Translations under genes and position numbers: made by a program
Shown: positions 15,999 to 29,740 of the stretch, piece by piece
Numbering within the stretch: the stretch's first letter is position 1
Layout: each line of letters opens with the position of its first letter
Notes under the pieces: model-generated
Seen by the model: the letters and a program-made list of their open reading frames with translations, nothing else
What the model was told of the DNA's origin: nothing
Database searches by the model: none
DNA from: the human T2T-CHM13v2.0 reference genome, Homo sapiens
Strand: one strand, 5' to 3'
Assembly (NCBI RefSeq): GCF_009914755.1
Contig: NC_060926.1
Length of the DNA stretch: 64,000 bases

Positions 15999-16994
15999 TG
16001 CAGGGAGACTCCAAGGACTACTGGACCTCAGAAGAGAGAGACTGCTTCCAGTTTGAAGGGAACAAGAGTTATATACGGCGTTACTGCTGGGAGCTGAGCA
16101 TGTGTTCCTTATAGATCATCCCATTGACTTCTGAGACAGTGCATTGGAGGAGAGGGGAATGGAGAGGGTAAGAAATATGAAGAGGAGTTTGTTAGAAGAG
16201 ATTTCCCTCATGGATAGTAGGGAGAAAAAGACTGACGGTATATTGGCAGTTCCCACTGGAAAGGTACTGGAACCAGACGAAATGCAGTTCTTCTTTTCTT
16301 TCTAAAATCTGCATCAGGTACATTGTAACAAATCTCCAACTGAATTACTCAGAACACAATAAAGTTTTAAGGTGCTAGACAGATGACTAAAGAAGTGATT
16401 TCATTTAAATAACAACTGCAATCACTGACAGGTCCTAGGTGAGAACTTGTCAGGGAGCGAATGGCCAATCGTGGCAGGGAGAGACAGGATGCGTCGGTGA
16501 TTGGTGTGAGCCCTGATGGTGTGAGGTGACAGCGGGGGAGGACGAGGGCTCTGAGCGCATGTCTGTTTTCTCCTCACCTCCCAGAAACTCTCAAATGCCC
16601 ATTATCTTTGCCATCATCTCTTCATTATCATCACGTAATATTTATCCAGTTTACTCATGCGTATAGCCCTGTCTTCTTCCATTCTGCTCCAATTTTCTTC
16701 CTCATTTCTCTTTCTCTTCTTGGCTTGTTCTGAATCTACTGATTTTTTTCCCTCTGGTTGCCAACTGTGAACATCATCCCCACCCACTCTATCAAGGATT
16801 TGCTTTTTCAGAAATGGTATCCAACTGGAGATGCAGCATGCCCCGACATGGTTCTTCTCATTCATTGGAAGGGATCACACTTATTGGACAGAAATAATTT
16901 ATCATGCAGTAAACTGTGGCCCAAGAATATGAAACAACAACCAAAAGGAATATACAGATGCCTGGATAAGGAATTAGGGAGGGAGGGGGGCAGA

Positions 16995-17056
16995 TACACA
17001 CACACACACACACACACACACGCATACACACACACACACCGCCCACACACACACAC
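16995..17056 (+). repeat. Interrupted (CA)n microsatellite
   Basis: Direct reading; reads as (UG)n in the NCKAP5 pre-mRNA. Confidence 0.95.
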
Positions 17057-17209
17057 TTCCTTTTCAATGGCTACATGTTTACTACATTTCTTTGGAGGAG
17101 AAAATGCTGATGTTTTGTGGATACTGGTAGCACACACACATTTTGAGATCAGATTAAGGGAATCCCAACTAGTCCAGCCTTGGATCAGGAGCCTCTCCAT
17201 CCCCCTTAC

Positions 17210-17278
17210 CTCATCAAGACATCGCTCATATTGTTCCCTTTGATTTTCATTCTCCAAAGCCAACGCTGAATTCTCTGC
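17210..17278 (-). CDS. NCKAP5: NCKAP5 internal coding exon, 69 nt, phase 0/0, coiled-coil region
   Basis: Minus strand reads cttactgcag|GCAGAGAATTCA...GATGAG|gtaagg and translates to AENSALALENENQREQYERCLDE, which I recognise as the NCKAP5 N-terminal coiled coil. The large introns favour NCKAP5 over the compact paralog NCKAP5L. Confidence 0.93.
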
Positions 17279-18277
17279 CTGCAGTAAGATACAAAAATAA
17301 CACAAATAAATCAATGAAATGTTGTGTTATGTGACAACTTATTCCATACAGTTACTAAATATATCTCCTCGTGATCCAAAACAATCTTTTAGAAGTACCT
17401 ATGACAAGTTCACTCTAAGTACTATTATAAATATCGCAGGGATGACTTCTGTCTTACCAACTTGCTCACTAAAATACATGAGAATTTAAAGAAATGCAAA
17501 ACTTGATATTCTGAACAGGTAGAAAATCAAATCATGGTTTGATGTGAGAGTGTTCCGTAAAAAGATTACAATGTTTATTTTATTCTATGAAAATGTAAAT
17601 GGGAGAAATGCCTTAATCCACTTCATTAAGGCCCATCACAGACTCACAGACTTATATTTGTTTAGGCCACAGAAAAGAATCTCACATAAAGTCATGAAAG
17701 CATAATTCCAAATGCAAACTAAATATGTTACTTTCATTGTTAGTCAATGACTTATGTACATAAGATAATGAGAAATGTAAGACTTGAACTATACTTAAGC
17801 ATCCCCTTCCCCACACTCTTGTAATATTACTGCTTTCTCGCTCCTTAGAGCCATGTGGGTATGTGGTTGAATATGGTTACTAGGTTGACATGTAGAATAG
17901 TAAGGGGAAAGAAAAGTAATCACTGGAAGCTTATTAGGTTTTAGAAGGAGTGTGAAATGCTGATATGAAGCTGCCCTCCACCTCAGGTGACCTGGTTCCA
18001 CTGCAGGTTCCTGTCTGAATCTTCAACTGTGCCAGTGAACCCTTCCCAGGGCTATGACAATGACCACCCGCTCTAAGCCCCCAAGCAATCTTGGCTCTAC
18101 GTGCCCCTTCTCTAAAATCCTCCTTGACATTTGGAAGTAGGGGTATAGTAATCTAAATCAGTATTTTCAAAATTATGGTATGATTTTTAGGTGGTACACA
18201 GATCAACATTTTAACTTCATAGTTTTTTCCCATCCGTTTTTCTAAACCTTTTATTTGGAAATAATTTCAAACTTATA

Positions 18278-19135
<858 letters not shown>

Positions 19136-19532
19136 AAGGATAGCATTAAGAACCTCACAAATCCTTTCCTAAGATTCACAAATTGTTAACGTTTTGCCAC
19201 ATCTGCCATATCGATTCCTTTCCATTTCTTTTCTGTACCTGGAAAGTACCTTGTAGACATGATGCATTTTATTCCTAAATACTTCCACATGTGTTTCCTC
19301 ATAACAAAGTCATTGTCTTGTACAATCACAGTATAGTTGTTAATTTCAGGAAATATAGGAAATATAAATACAGTACCACAATGTGATCTACAGTTCTTCC
19401 AGTTTCACCAATTGTCCCAATAATGTCATTGATAGCAATTTTTTTCCAGTATACAATCCTACCTGTGATCATGTACTGCATTCGACTGTCATTGCCATTC
19501 ATCAGGTAACCTCTAATCCGGAATACCTTGCC

Positions 19533-19960
<428 letters not shown>

Positions 19961-21262
19961 TGAACATCCCTTAATTTGGGCTTCTCTGGAGCTCCCTCAT
20001 ACATATTTGGTGGAAACAGTGCACAGGCAATGCTGGGCCCTTCTCAGTGCATCATAGCAGCCACGTGACATCCATGGGACCTGCTGCTGGACATGTTAAC
20101 TTTCATCACTTGGTTAAGGTAGGGTCTGCCAAATCTCCCCACTGTAAAGTTACTGATTCTTCTCTTGCAATTAATAAGTAATTTGTGGGGAGATACTTTG
20201 AGGCTATGAAAATATCCTATTGCTCATCAATCTTTCACCTACCTATTTAAGCAACCATCAATGATTTTTACCAAATCATTGATTACCTTGGTTGCATATG
20301 GTGACTTCTAACTCCATTTTTCTATCTACATTTATGAGTTGACATTCTTCCATAGGTAAGTGATTTTCCTATCTGTTAGTATGAAAACATCAATTCTGAT
20401 AATTTTGATGTTCAAATCACTCCAGCTTTGGGCAGGTGAGCCCCTTTAAGCTGGTGTCTATATCCTTTTGACATGTACCCATCATTTCTTAAATACTTTC
20501 TTTTTCAGCAAAAAGAGATGTTCTAGGACCATCTTGCTTTTTCCTTGCTTCAATCCCTGAAATCAGGCATTTCTCTAAGGAATTCTACTTCCTCTTACTT
20601 GGGGAATGATAATTGGGAACTAAGATCTGGGTGTTAGCCTGTATCAGTTGCTACCAAGGAGTCACTGCTTCTAGTCGCTTTCAGTGGAAGGATTTTTCCA
20701 CACTCCTATATGCACAGGCTCAACACCCCCACCCCACCCCAAGCCCTACAGGATTCTTTCGTATCTTCTCCTTTTCATATTAGTATCTTCCTTTTTGTAT
20801 GGTTAGCACTCAGGCTCTCAGCATTATTTTAACTCCTTTGTTCAATCTTACCATGTGTACAAAATTGGTACGCTACCCAAACCAGTGCTAGGAAAAGTTC
20901 AGTTTTGTGTTTTTCTTTAGAACAAAAGTATAAAGTAAAAATACTGTGTTCCAAAGTTACTAAGTTGGTTTTTCCCCTCCTCCCCTTTTAGTGTGTTTAT
21001 ATTATTCATTTGAAATTCGGTTCAGTTCATTTGTTTCTGATAGTATTCAAATTTAATTTCCTCTCTTCTTAATTACATTTTGTTTTTTAGAATACATAAA
21101 ACATTAACAAGAATCCAAAAGTTAAAACTATATTAAAGGGTATATATTGAGTGCAGTGTCCCTCCCTCTCCTGCCTCGTTCCTTTCTACCTCTCGAAGAT
21201 TCTTTAATAGTGTCATTATCCCTTTTTTGTCTTCCTCTGTTACTTTTAAAATCATGTCCTTT

Positions 21263-21683
<421 letters not shown>

Positions 21684-24283
21684 TTATTAGTTGCATACTT
21701 CCTACTTTGCCAGGGTATATCATTTTCACACAGGCTTCTTCCACCTTTGCCCCCACCCTTGGTTTGGTCTCCTTAATGGATAATGGCTGGTTGGTCTTAT
21801 GTTCTTTTGCTTCTGTAGCAAAAGAAATTGCTTTGAAATTCCCTCTTTTCCTTTTCCCCTTCACAACCACGTCTCCACACTGCACCTCCTCTTTCCCCTT
21901 TATCTCCTTCTTTCCCGGCAGGCTGCCTCTCTGAGACAGCCACCTGGGTCTGCTCACTTTCCAGCCTTGCCCAACAGCCCACTGGATCTGCCACGTGTCC
22001 ACCTGTGTGCAGTGCTGGCCTTGGGCTTTCTCATTTCCTCGGTGCCCTCTGCTTTCCATCTCCCTGGGCACACACGCTGGCAGCAGGAGTTACATGGGTA
22101 TCTGGTATTTATTTTTCTACTTACAGTAATTTGAAATTCAAGTGTTCTCTGTTATTGATAATGCAGAAGGCATGGGTTATATGTGGTTTTATTTGTGTTT
22201 CCTGGTGATATGAATGTCTTCTTTGGCAGGTGCTTGAAAAGTTTCAACTGTAGGCTAGTTTGTTACTTTAATCAACAATGAAACTTAGGAGAAATGATTG
22301 AACCAGAATAGGGCACAAAAATGAGGAAAACTCCCGGAAAAAGTCTGTTTGAGAGTGACTTGCCATTTTGATCAAGGTCAGGTCATTTCAACTCAGTCAC
22401 AGTTCACATTCCAGAACTCCTCAAACACTGTTTCTTCTTCAGGTTACAGTTTTGATCCTTGGCTTTGACCTTGTTGCTCTGGGGCTGAATCCGTTTTAAC
22501 AAACCTGTGAACACCCCAGTCCCTCAGGTGGGATCCTGCCACGTTCTTTCAGGTCTCATAATGGACAGACATCTGCCACACAGCACGATCCTTCTGTGCT
22601 CAGGCTGATCATCCGTTTGCCCTTTTTAAGCACAGTTATTGGTTATTCCCAGACTGTTTCTTCTCTTCATTCTTCACCAAACTAAACTGACTTTGCTGTT
22701 CCCTTCAGGGATTGCTTTTGGCCAGTCCCATGGAAGCTTTTCCGTCTCTGCAGCTGAGATGGAACCCCTCAGTTACTCCTCCAGACCAAAAGGAAGAGCA
22801 GGCTCCGGTTCCAGTTCCATTCTGTTGCAGTCTTATTAGGCAATGCCATCTTGAGTAACTTTTAGCAAGTCACTTACCATTGCTGGGTTTATAATTTCTT
22901 AGTTAATAAACAAAGATATCCAACTTGCCAATCTAAAAGCGATTTCCAGTTCAAATATTTGGATACCATGAATCACGGAGGAAAATGCTAGAATTCCAAT
23001 TCTACAAAGTCATGATTTCTTTGGAGAAATTTACCTTTTGTGGAGTCTGCTGATTTTAGTAAGCCAGCAGTACAAGGGATAATGGGAAGAGAGATAAAGG
23101 AGAGAACTGCAAATGCCACTTCACACTGTTTACTTTAAATGTCTTGGAAAAAACACGTATGGAAATAAAGCTGAAAATGGGAATTTATATGGGATATCTA
23201 CACCTCGCTCCTACCCACAATATCACGTTGCAAAAACACTGCAATCGATCCATTCAGATAATTACCGTCATTATACCGTTTACATTACTTGCCTCACGTT
23301 TACTGCTCTGACAATCTATTACTGCCAAGCAAATTAAATACCTAAAGGGTGCTGGTGAAAGCACAATAGTCACATTTATGGTTACTGTGTTCAGTTACAG
23401 AGACCAATTTAATTGATGTAATCCTACATATCCCATGGGACAAAAAAGATATTAACAATCATGCTGGTGAAGTTAAAATAATCTTGAACTGATGATTTTC
23501 TTTAATCCATTTGCATTTATTAGAGATTCAGGATTAACCTGCTACCAACTTAAGGCAACAGAGAAAAAAAAACAGGAAAAAAAACCCTCTTAACTAAATG
23601 TGATTTAAAGAAACAGTGAATATTTATATAGCAGGAATGGGAAAGGATAAGCAGAGAGGGAAAGGAAAGAGAAAATGCAAGTGTCACTATTAAGAATTAC
23701 AGACATCACAATACAGGTCTTTTTCTACTTTAAATAAGTATGTTATTAAAGTCAATATGCCCAGAGGATGCAATTAGAGCATTCAAGTAAATGTAACAGT
23801 GAATCTTTGCATTCAGCTTTGTCTTCCACAACAATCAAAAACTTTTGCTAGACTTAGCCCGGGATTTCCTGCTCAGCGTGGTTTCCCCATGGCTCCAAAT
23901 TATAGTGGTCTAAATATGTTCATGGTTTCATCTCTAAAAATCCTTAAATGTCCTTATAAAATCAAAGAGCATCACAGAGCAAATCTGTATTGGTTTGGTT
24001 TACTGTGGAAAAGGGGTTTGACTTGATACGTAAAAGGAACTGTGTTTCTTAGAGGTCCTGCTCAGTGAATAGATAGGCTGGCTGGAACTTACGAATGATT
24101 GAAAAATCTGATGCTTCTAAAGCCACTGTCCTACATTAATTCTGTAAGTATGTATTATGTTTAAAATCTTTGTATACTATAAATTTGTTTAATAGATCCT
24201 TTTCCACAGACCAAAGGTAGACTACTAGCTCTACACAAAAATCTGTCCTCTGCATAACATAACAGCTCCGCTGCAGGCTTTTC

Positions 24284-24454
24284 ACCTCTTATACTTTGTC
24301 TCCACTCACTTCCATGACCTTATATATCTGATTCTCCACAGCACACACCATCTCAAGAGTCAGGCTCAGCTCCTAAAGCTCCCATGCTCCTTCCTGGGCT
24401 GTACCTTTGGTTTTGCTGCTCTAGCATGGAATAAGCTTTACTCTCCCATTGGCC
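24284..24454 (+). repeat. 171-bp direct repeat, copy 1 (copy 2 at 25869-26039)
   Basis: Manual alignment: 9 substitutions, no indels. Confidence 0.95.
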
Positions 24455-24539
24455 TTTCTAAATCTCACTCAGTTTTGGTGGTCTGGCTCAGATGTGGACT
24501 TGAAATACTTAAATGGGGACACCTTTAAATTAAAAAAAA

Positions 24540-25620
24540 ATTGGATGTATAAAAATGTAGCAAAATATTGCAAAGAATTCCCCCACACCATTCAAGAGAC
24601 TCCCCAAAGGTTAACTATTTTACCACATTTGCTTATCATTTAATACTATCTATACCTGGAGACAACTTTTTAAAAACACTTGAGAGTAAGATGAAGACAC
24701 AATGCAATGTCCTTTTACCTCTTAATACTTCGGCATGTACTTCCTAAAAATACATTTTCTATATAACCACTGTGTAGTTATCACATTCAGGAAATTAACA
24801 TTGATGCAATAGCCTAATCTACTCTACAGGCCTTGTTCAGATTTTTCCAGTTGTCCCTCAGGTGTCCCTGTCTAGTCCAGGATCCAATCCAGGTTCACAG
24901 AGCTGCATTTAGTTATAATTTCTCTTTAGCGTCCTCTCATATGGAACAGTTCCTGAGGTGTTGTCTTTCATGATCTTGATACTTTTCAAAAGTATAGGCC
25001 AGTTATTTTGTAGAATGTCCTTCAATTTGAATTTGCCTGATGTTTCTTCATAGATTTTAATATTTATGGCGAGAATATCATGGCAATGATATTGTGTCCT
25101 TCTTAGTGCATTGTATCAGGAGGCACATGATACCAATTTATCCTATTACTACAGGTGGAGTATCTCTAATCTGAAAATCTGAAATGCTCCAAAATCCAAA
25201 ACTTTTTGAGAGCCAACATGAATAAAGAAATGTGCAATAGAGTCTTTTAGATTTTGGATTTTCAGATTAGGAATGCTGAACTGGGTAAATACATAATGCA
25301 AATATTTCAAAATCTGAAAAAAATCAGAAAGTTGAAACACTTCTGGTCCTAAGCATTTTGGATAAAGATACTCAATTTGTATGTTAAATTTGATCACCTG
25401 GTGAAGGTGGTATCTGTGACATTTCTACACTATAAAATTATTTATTTCCTTTTATCAACAGTAAGTATCTTGCGGCAAGGTACTTCAAGATATGTAAATA
25501 TCCAGAGTCTTTGAGATTGCAAATATGCAAATATCTAAACTTTGGTTCACTCCTCTTAGTATCTATTGGTAATTTTTTTTTGACTAAAACAATTATGACT
25601 GTGGTGGTTGCCAAATAGCG
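24540..25620 (-). mobile_element. Old L1 (L1MC-like) 3' region, interrupted by Tigger4
   Basis: gttaactattttaccacatttgct..cacattcaggaaattaacattgat..tttgatcacctggtgaaggtggtatctg. Confidence 0.75.
25152..25379. mobile_element. Tigger4/MER46-type TcMar MITE
   Basis: ta|caggtggagtatctctaatctgaaaatctgaaatgctccaaaatcc ... gatactcaatttg|ta: TIR-like ends with TA flanks. Confidence 0.85.
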
Positions 25621-25637
25621 ACTTTTATTTTTATTTT

Positions 25638-25679
25638 ATCTATCATCTATCTATCCATCCACCCATAGCAACTTTTATT

Positions 25680-25720
<41 letters not shown>

Positions 25721-25779
25721 CATCCATCTTTCCATCCATCCATCCATCCATCCATCCATCCATCCATCCATCCATCCAT
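25638..25779 (+). repeat. Compound (TCTA)n(TCCA)n tetranucleotide STR
   Basis: Direct reading. Confidence 0.95.
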
Positions 25780-25855
25780 GTTGGTGCAAATGTAAATGTG
25801 GCTTTTGCCATTACTTTTAAGGGCAAAAACTGCAATTATGTTTGCACCAATATAA
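25780..25855. mobile_element. MADE1 (Hsmar1-derived palindromic MITE)
   Basis: gttggtgcaaatgtaaatgtggcttttgccattacttttaagggcaaaaactgcaattatgtttgcaccaa matches the 80-bp MADE1 layout. Confidence 0.9.
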
Positions 25856-25868
25856 TATCTATCTTGTT

Positions 25869-26039
25869 ACCTCTTATACTTTGTCTCCACTCACTTCTAT
25901 GACCTTATATATCTGCTTCTCCACAGCGCACACCATCTCAAGAGTCAGGCTCATCTCCTAAAGCTCCCATGTTCCTTCCAGGGCTGTGCCTTTGGTTTTG
26001 CTGCTCTAGCATGGAATATGCTTTACACTCCCATTGGCC
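25869..26039 (+). repeat. 171-bp direct repeat, copy 2
   Basis: About 95% identical to 24284-24454. Confidence 0.95.
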
Positions 26040-26052
26040 AAATAGTGACTAT

Positions 26053-26291
26053 TGGCTCTGTCACCCAGGTTGGAGTGTAGTGGTGTGATCATAGCTCACT
26101 GCATACTCAAACTCCTGGGTTCAAGTGATCCTCCCACCTCAGCCTCTTGAGTAGCTGAGACTGCAGGCATGTACCAACATACTCCACTAATTTTTAAAAA
26201 CATTTTTGTAGAGATAAGGTATTGCTATGTTGTCCAGGCTGGTCTTGAGCTCCTGGTCTCAGGTGATCCTACCACCTCAACCTCCCAAAGC
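26053..26291 (-). mobile_element. AluJ-like, lacking an adjacent poly-T tail and the 5' end
   Basis: gctctgtcacccagg..gatcatagctcactgca..acctcaacctcccaaag. Confidence 0.9.
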
Positions 26292-26764
26292 ATAAATAGT
26301 GATTTAAATTCTACTAGTCTTCCTGCATTTACTAGTTTGAACCTTATCACAAGTAGGGGCCACACATTTTAGCACTTTATTATAATGCCTTCAATTGAGA
26401 CGAGTAGTTTCATGAGTATTATTAGTCTTCTCCAGTTAGACTCTAAGCCCTTTGAGACAGGGATCATGCTTTATACGCCTCTTTTCAAAGGAGTGAGATG
26501 TAAATTAGTGTATTTTAACTATAGCTATGGGTGGAAATGAAAATTCAGTTTGATATTTAGATTCACTTAGCATCAATGCGTTTGTTGGCATGGAATATGT
26601 ACTTTTACCTATGTCATCTCAGTGGTGGTCATACACACATGTGGATATATACTGATGTATCTTTTAAAAATATTATAGACAAATGAGAAATTAAACTAGT
26701 GATAACCAACTTTTCCCCTTTGCAAACATCAATATAAATTTGATTTATTATTAGGATGTCTATA

Positions 26765-27068
26765 TTTTTTCTTCTTTCTTTTTTTTGAGACAGGGTCTCT
26801 TGCCACTCAGGCTGGAGTGCAATGGTATGATCTCAGCTCCCTGCAACCTCCACCTACTGGGTTCAAGCAATTTCTCCCACCTCAGCCTCCTGAGCAGCTG
26901 GGACTACAGGCATGTGCCACCATGCCCAGCTCATTTTTGTATTTTTTAGTAGAGATGGGACTTCACCATGTTGGTCAGCCTGGTCTTGAACTCCTGACCT
27001 CAAGTGATCCACCCACCTCAGCCTCCCGAAGTGCTGGGATTACAGGCGTGAGCCACTGCACCCTGCCC
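26765..27068 (-). mobile_element. Alu (AluS-like)
   Basis: Full body; TSD approximately tgt(c/g)tatatttt. Confidence 0.95.
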
Positions 27069-27230
27069 AGTGTGTATATTTTCAAAATGAAAGATGAATA
27101 TACACCATCTGACACATTCTGACAATTGACAAAATATTTAAAGCTTGTACTTCGTTATATTGAATAGTAGAGGAGACTGAGGTTTTGCCCCTCACTTATA
27201 AATGTTAACTGCATTTATTACTAGTATTGT

Positions 27231-27717
27231 TGTAGTAGTAGATTAAAGATGGTTGCAAATGCTCTGTGACTTATCTTCTTGAATCTAGACTGGCCTTACT
27301 GACTTGATTGACCAATGGAAGGAGGCTGAAGTGCCATCTTTGGTCTTCCAAGACTACACCATGAGCTTTTAAGCTTCTACCTGGCCTCTTAGAACACTTC
27401 TTATATGAGCTACCATGTAGGCAGTCTGAATGTTTTGAGGTGGTATAAAGCCCCAGCTATGCAGACAGGCCCTGGAGGATGAGATGCCTTGCAGAGAGAG
27501 ATAGGCCAGGGGACACTGAGAGGCCAGCCATGGGAGTGAAGGAGCCATCTTGGAAATGGATCCTTTCACCTCCCAACATCACATAGATTGGAGATGAACT
27601 ATCCAGCTGTGTCCTCCCCAAATTTCTGACCCATAAAATTGTGAGAAAAATTAAATTGTTATTTTAAGCCTCAAAGTGTTGAGATAGTTGGTTACATAGC
27701 AATAGATAAGTGGAACA
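27231..27717 (+). mobile_element. MLT1H-like solo LTR
   Basis: tgtagtag..attaaagatgg..cttgaatctagactggcc..ttaagcc..gttacatagcaatagataagtggaaca (TG..CA ends). Confidence 0.85.
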
Positions 27718-27782
27718 GTCATATTCAGGAAACGAGGTGGAACATCAATTCTTTTATGTGTACATTCAATTACTGGTCCTTT

Positions 27783-27903
27783 GCTGTACCTGCAGGGGCT
27801 ATGCTAGGGGTAAATAAAGATGGATAAAATATACAGGGGCCACCATAAAGAAAACAATAGTCTAATAGAAGAAACAAGTTAATTTCTCACATTGAAAACT
27901 ACA
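27783..27903 (+). repeat. 121-bp direct repeat, copy 1 (copy 2 at 28713-28834)
   Basis: Manual alignment: about 9 substitutions and 1 indel. Confidence 0.95.
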
Positions 27904-28712
27904 ATGCAATAGGATCAGAACAAAAAAAAAATCAACAAACTTCAGATGAGGTAGGAAAGAGGTGACCGACCCTTGAATCAGTCTACTCAACAGGCAATCA
28001 AAACAATGACAAAGGTGCACATTGGACTAAATAAAAATAACACAGTTTTGAACAAAATGCCAAGAAAATGACACCTGACTTGTATTCAAAAAGCACATTA
28101 TTCAACCAGGCTAGAATCCTGGATGTAAATATTGTCAAATTATTATGAAAGCAAATAATGTCAGACACTATCTAATACCCACTGCAGAGAAAACCTTGGG
28201 TTCAACAATGGCAAAAAAAATAAATAAATAAAATAACAAACTGATCATATGCAAATGAAACAGGTAGAAATGAACAGGGTTGAGTGGTGTGGAGGAAAGA
28301 AGGTGGAAAGAAGATGTCCTCTGAAGGCAAAAAGAGAGAGAAAGAGAAGAAAACGACCAATTCACAGTAGTTAAAAAAGGCTGCCTCCCTGTGGCTTTCC
28401 CACGGCAAAAGCTGGTCTTTTCCAGAGTGACATCTTTCAAGCTTGCTGAAACTCCTTCAATTCAGGAAAGGCAGACAGGTCAGAATAAGATCAGAAAAGG
28501 TATTTCTCTAAAATACCAATTCAACTCATGGTTTGGCCCCATAGGTAAGAAAAGGTGCTTCTGTACTTTATTTTCTCTTTGGAATTTTTTCCAGCCAAAA
28601 ATGTGCTGCTTTATGATGGCCAGCCTGTGTCAGAGTCCTGTGCCACTCTACTTAAATAACACACTTCACAACTCTAGGCCATCCCAACAATTTCATTTGG
28701 GGAGGCCAAAGG

Positions 28713-28834
28713 GCTGTACCTGCAGGAGCTATGCTAGGGGGTATACAAAGATGGATAAAATATAGAGAGGCCACCATAAAGAAAAAAATAGTCTAATAGA
28801 AGAAACAAGTTAGTTTCTGACAGTGAAAACTACA
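28713..28834 (+). repeat. 122-bp direct repeat, copy 2
   Basis: gctgtacctgcagg..ctatgctagggg..tgaaaactaca shared with 27783-27903. Confidence 0.95.
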
Positions 28835-29563
28835 GGCTTCCAAGCAAAATACACAGGTCCCCAAAATGTTCCTAATTCCCCTGCAGTCTGTTCTGTTTTG
28901 AAAGCTGTTTAAAAACATCCTGAGGAAAAAGTCCCAGGGGAGTGGCTAAGCGTGCCAGCCAGGTGAGTGCATTTTCATCTGCTAGAGTGATATAAAGTCT
29001 GAATACAAGGAACACCAAGAACTGGAGCTGGAATATTGAATCCCCTTCCCTCTATGATTATAATTCAAACTTACGGGGTTTCTGAATCACTCATCTTATC
29101 ACACCTGGCTGCCATAGTGGCCATATGTGTAGCGTAGTTGGCTAAAGGGTGTTCCCCACTGATTGTATTTGAGAGCTTGTACAGTATCCAGACCCAGACA
29201 ATGTCTAGGGCTGCTGGGCATCTTGGAGGCAAATGTTATCATCCTAGAAAATGTCAATAAAGACATTAAGCTCTGACCACCTACAGAGAAACAAATACGT
29301 GTACCCATACATGTGTGAAGGCATCCTCACAATGTCCTTATTCTTGGACTCAACCCATTAGGTTTAGGACCAGCACAAGACACTAAGGATATAAACTACA
29401 TTAAAATGAAGTCTTTGTTTAAAAAAGTTGAGGAGCTACGCCGTGAGAAGATGTGATGTAGAACCTGTCCACAGGTTCATTTTTGAAGAGTTGAATAGAA
29501 AACACTTCATAATGAAACCTCTGTGTACTTCTAGAATTTAAACGTTTGGATGGGGCTTCAGGC

Positions 29564-29740
29564 CAGTGGTTGGAAACTTGAGTGTGCATTGGAATCACTT
29601 GGGGGGTTATGGGATCACAGACTGTGGGGGAGCCACCCTCACGTTTGGATTCAGGGCACCTACAGTAGGGTCCAATAACTGACATCTCTAACAAGTTCCC
29701 AGGTGCTGCTGCTGGCCTGGGAACAGCACTTTGAGAGCTA
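29564..29740 (+). mobile_element. MER5A
   Basis: cagtggttggaaacttgagtgtgcattggaatcac..tctaacaagttcccaggtg..cactttgag. Confidence 0.85.

Noticed and set aside
16614-16865. Charged 83-aa ORF containing SRMEE and KKRKR
   Set aside because: Reflects a purine-rich low-complexity strand; no convincing splice sites; the short similarity to NCKAP5 is probably chance.
16977-16990. gggagggagggggg as a G-quadruplex
   Set aside because: Only three separated G runs; marginal.
16862-17314. 150-aa ORF as a standalone gene
   Set aside because: Only 17210-17278 is exon, bounded by canonical AG/GT; the rest is intron and CA-repeat read-through.
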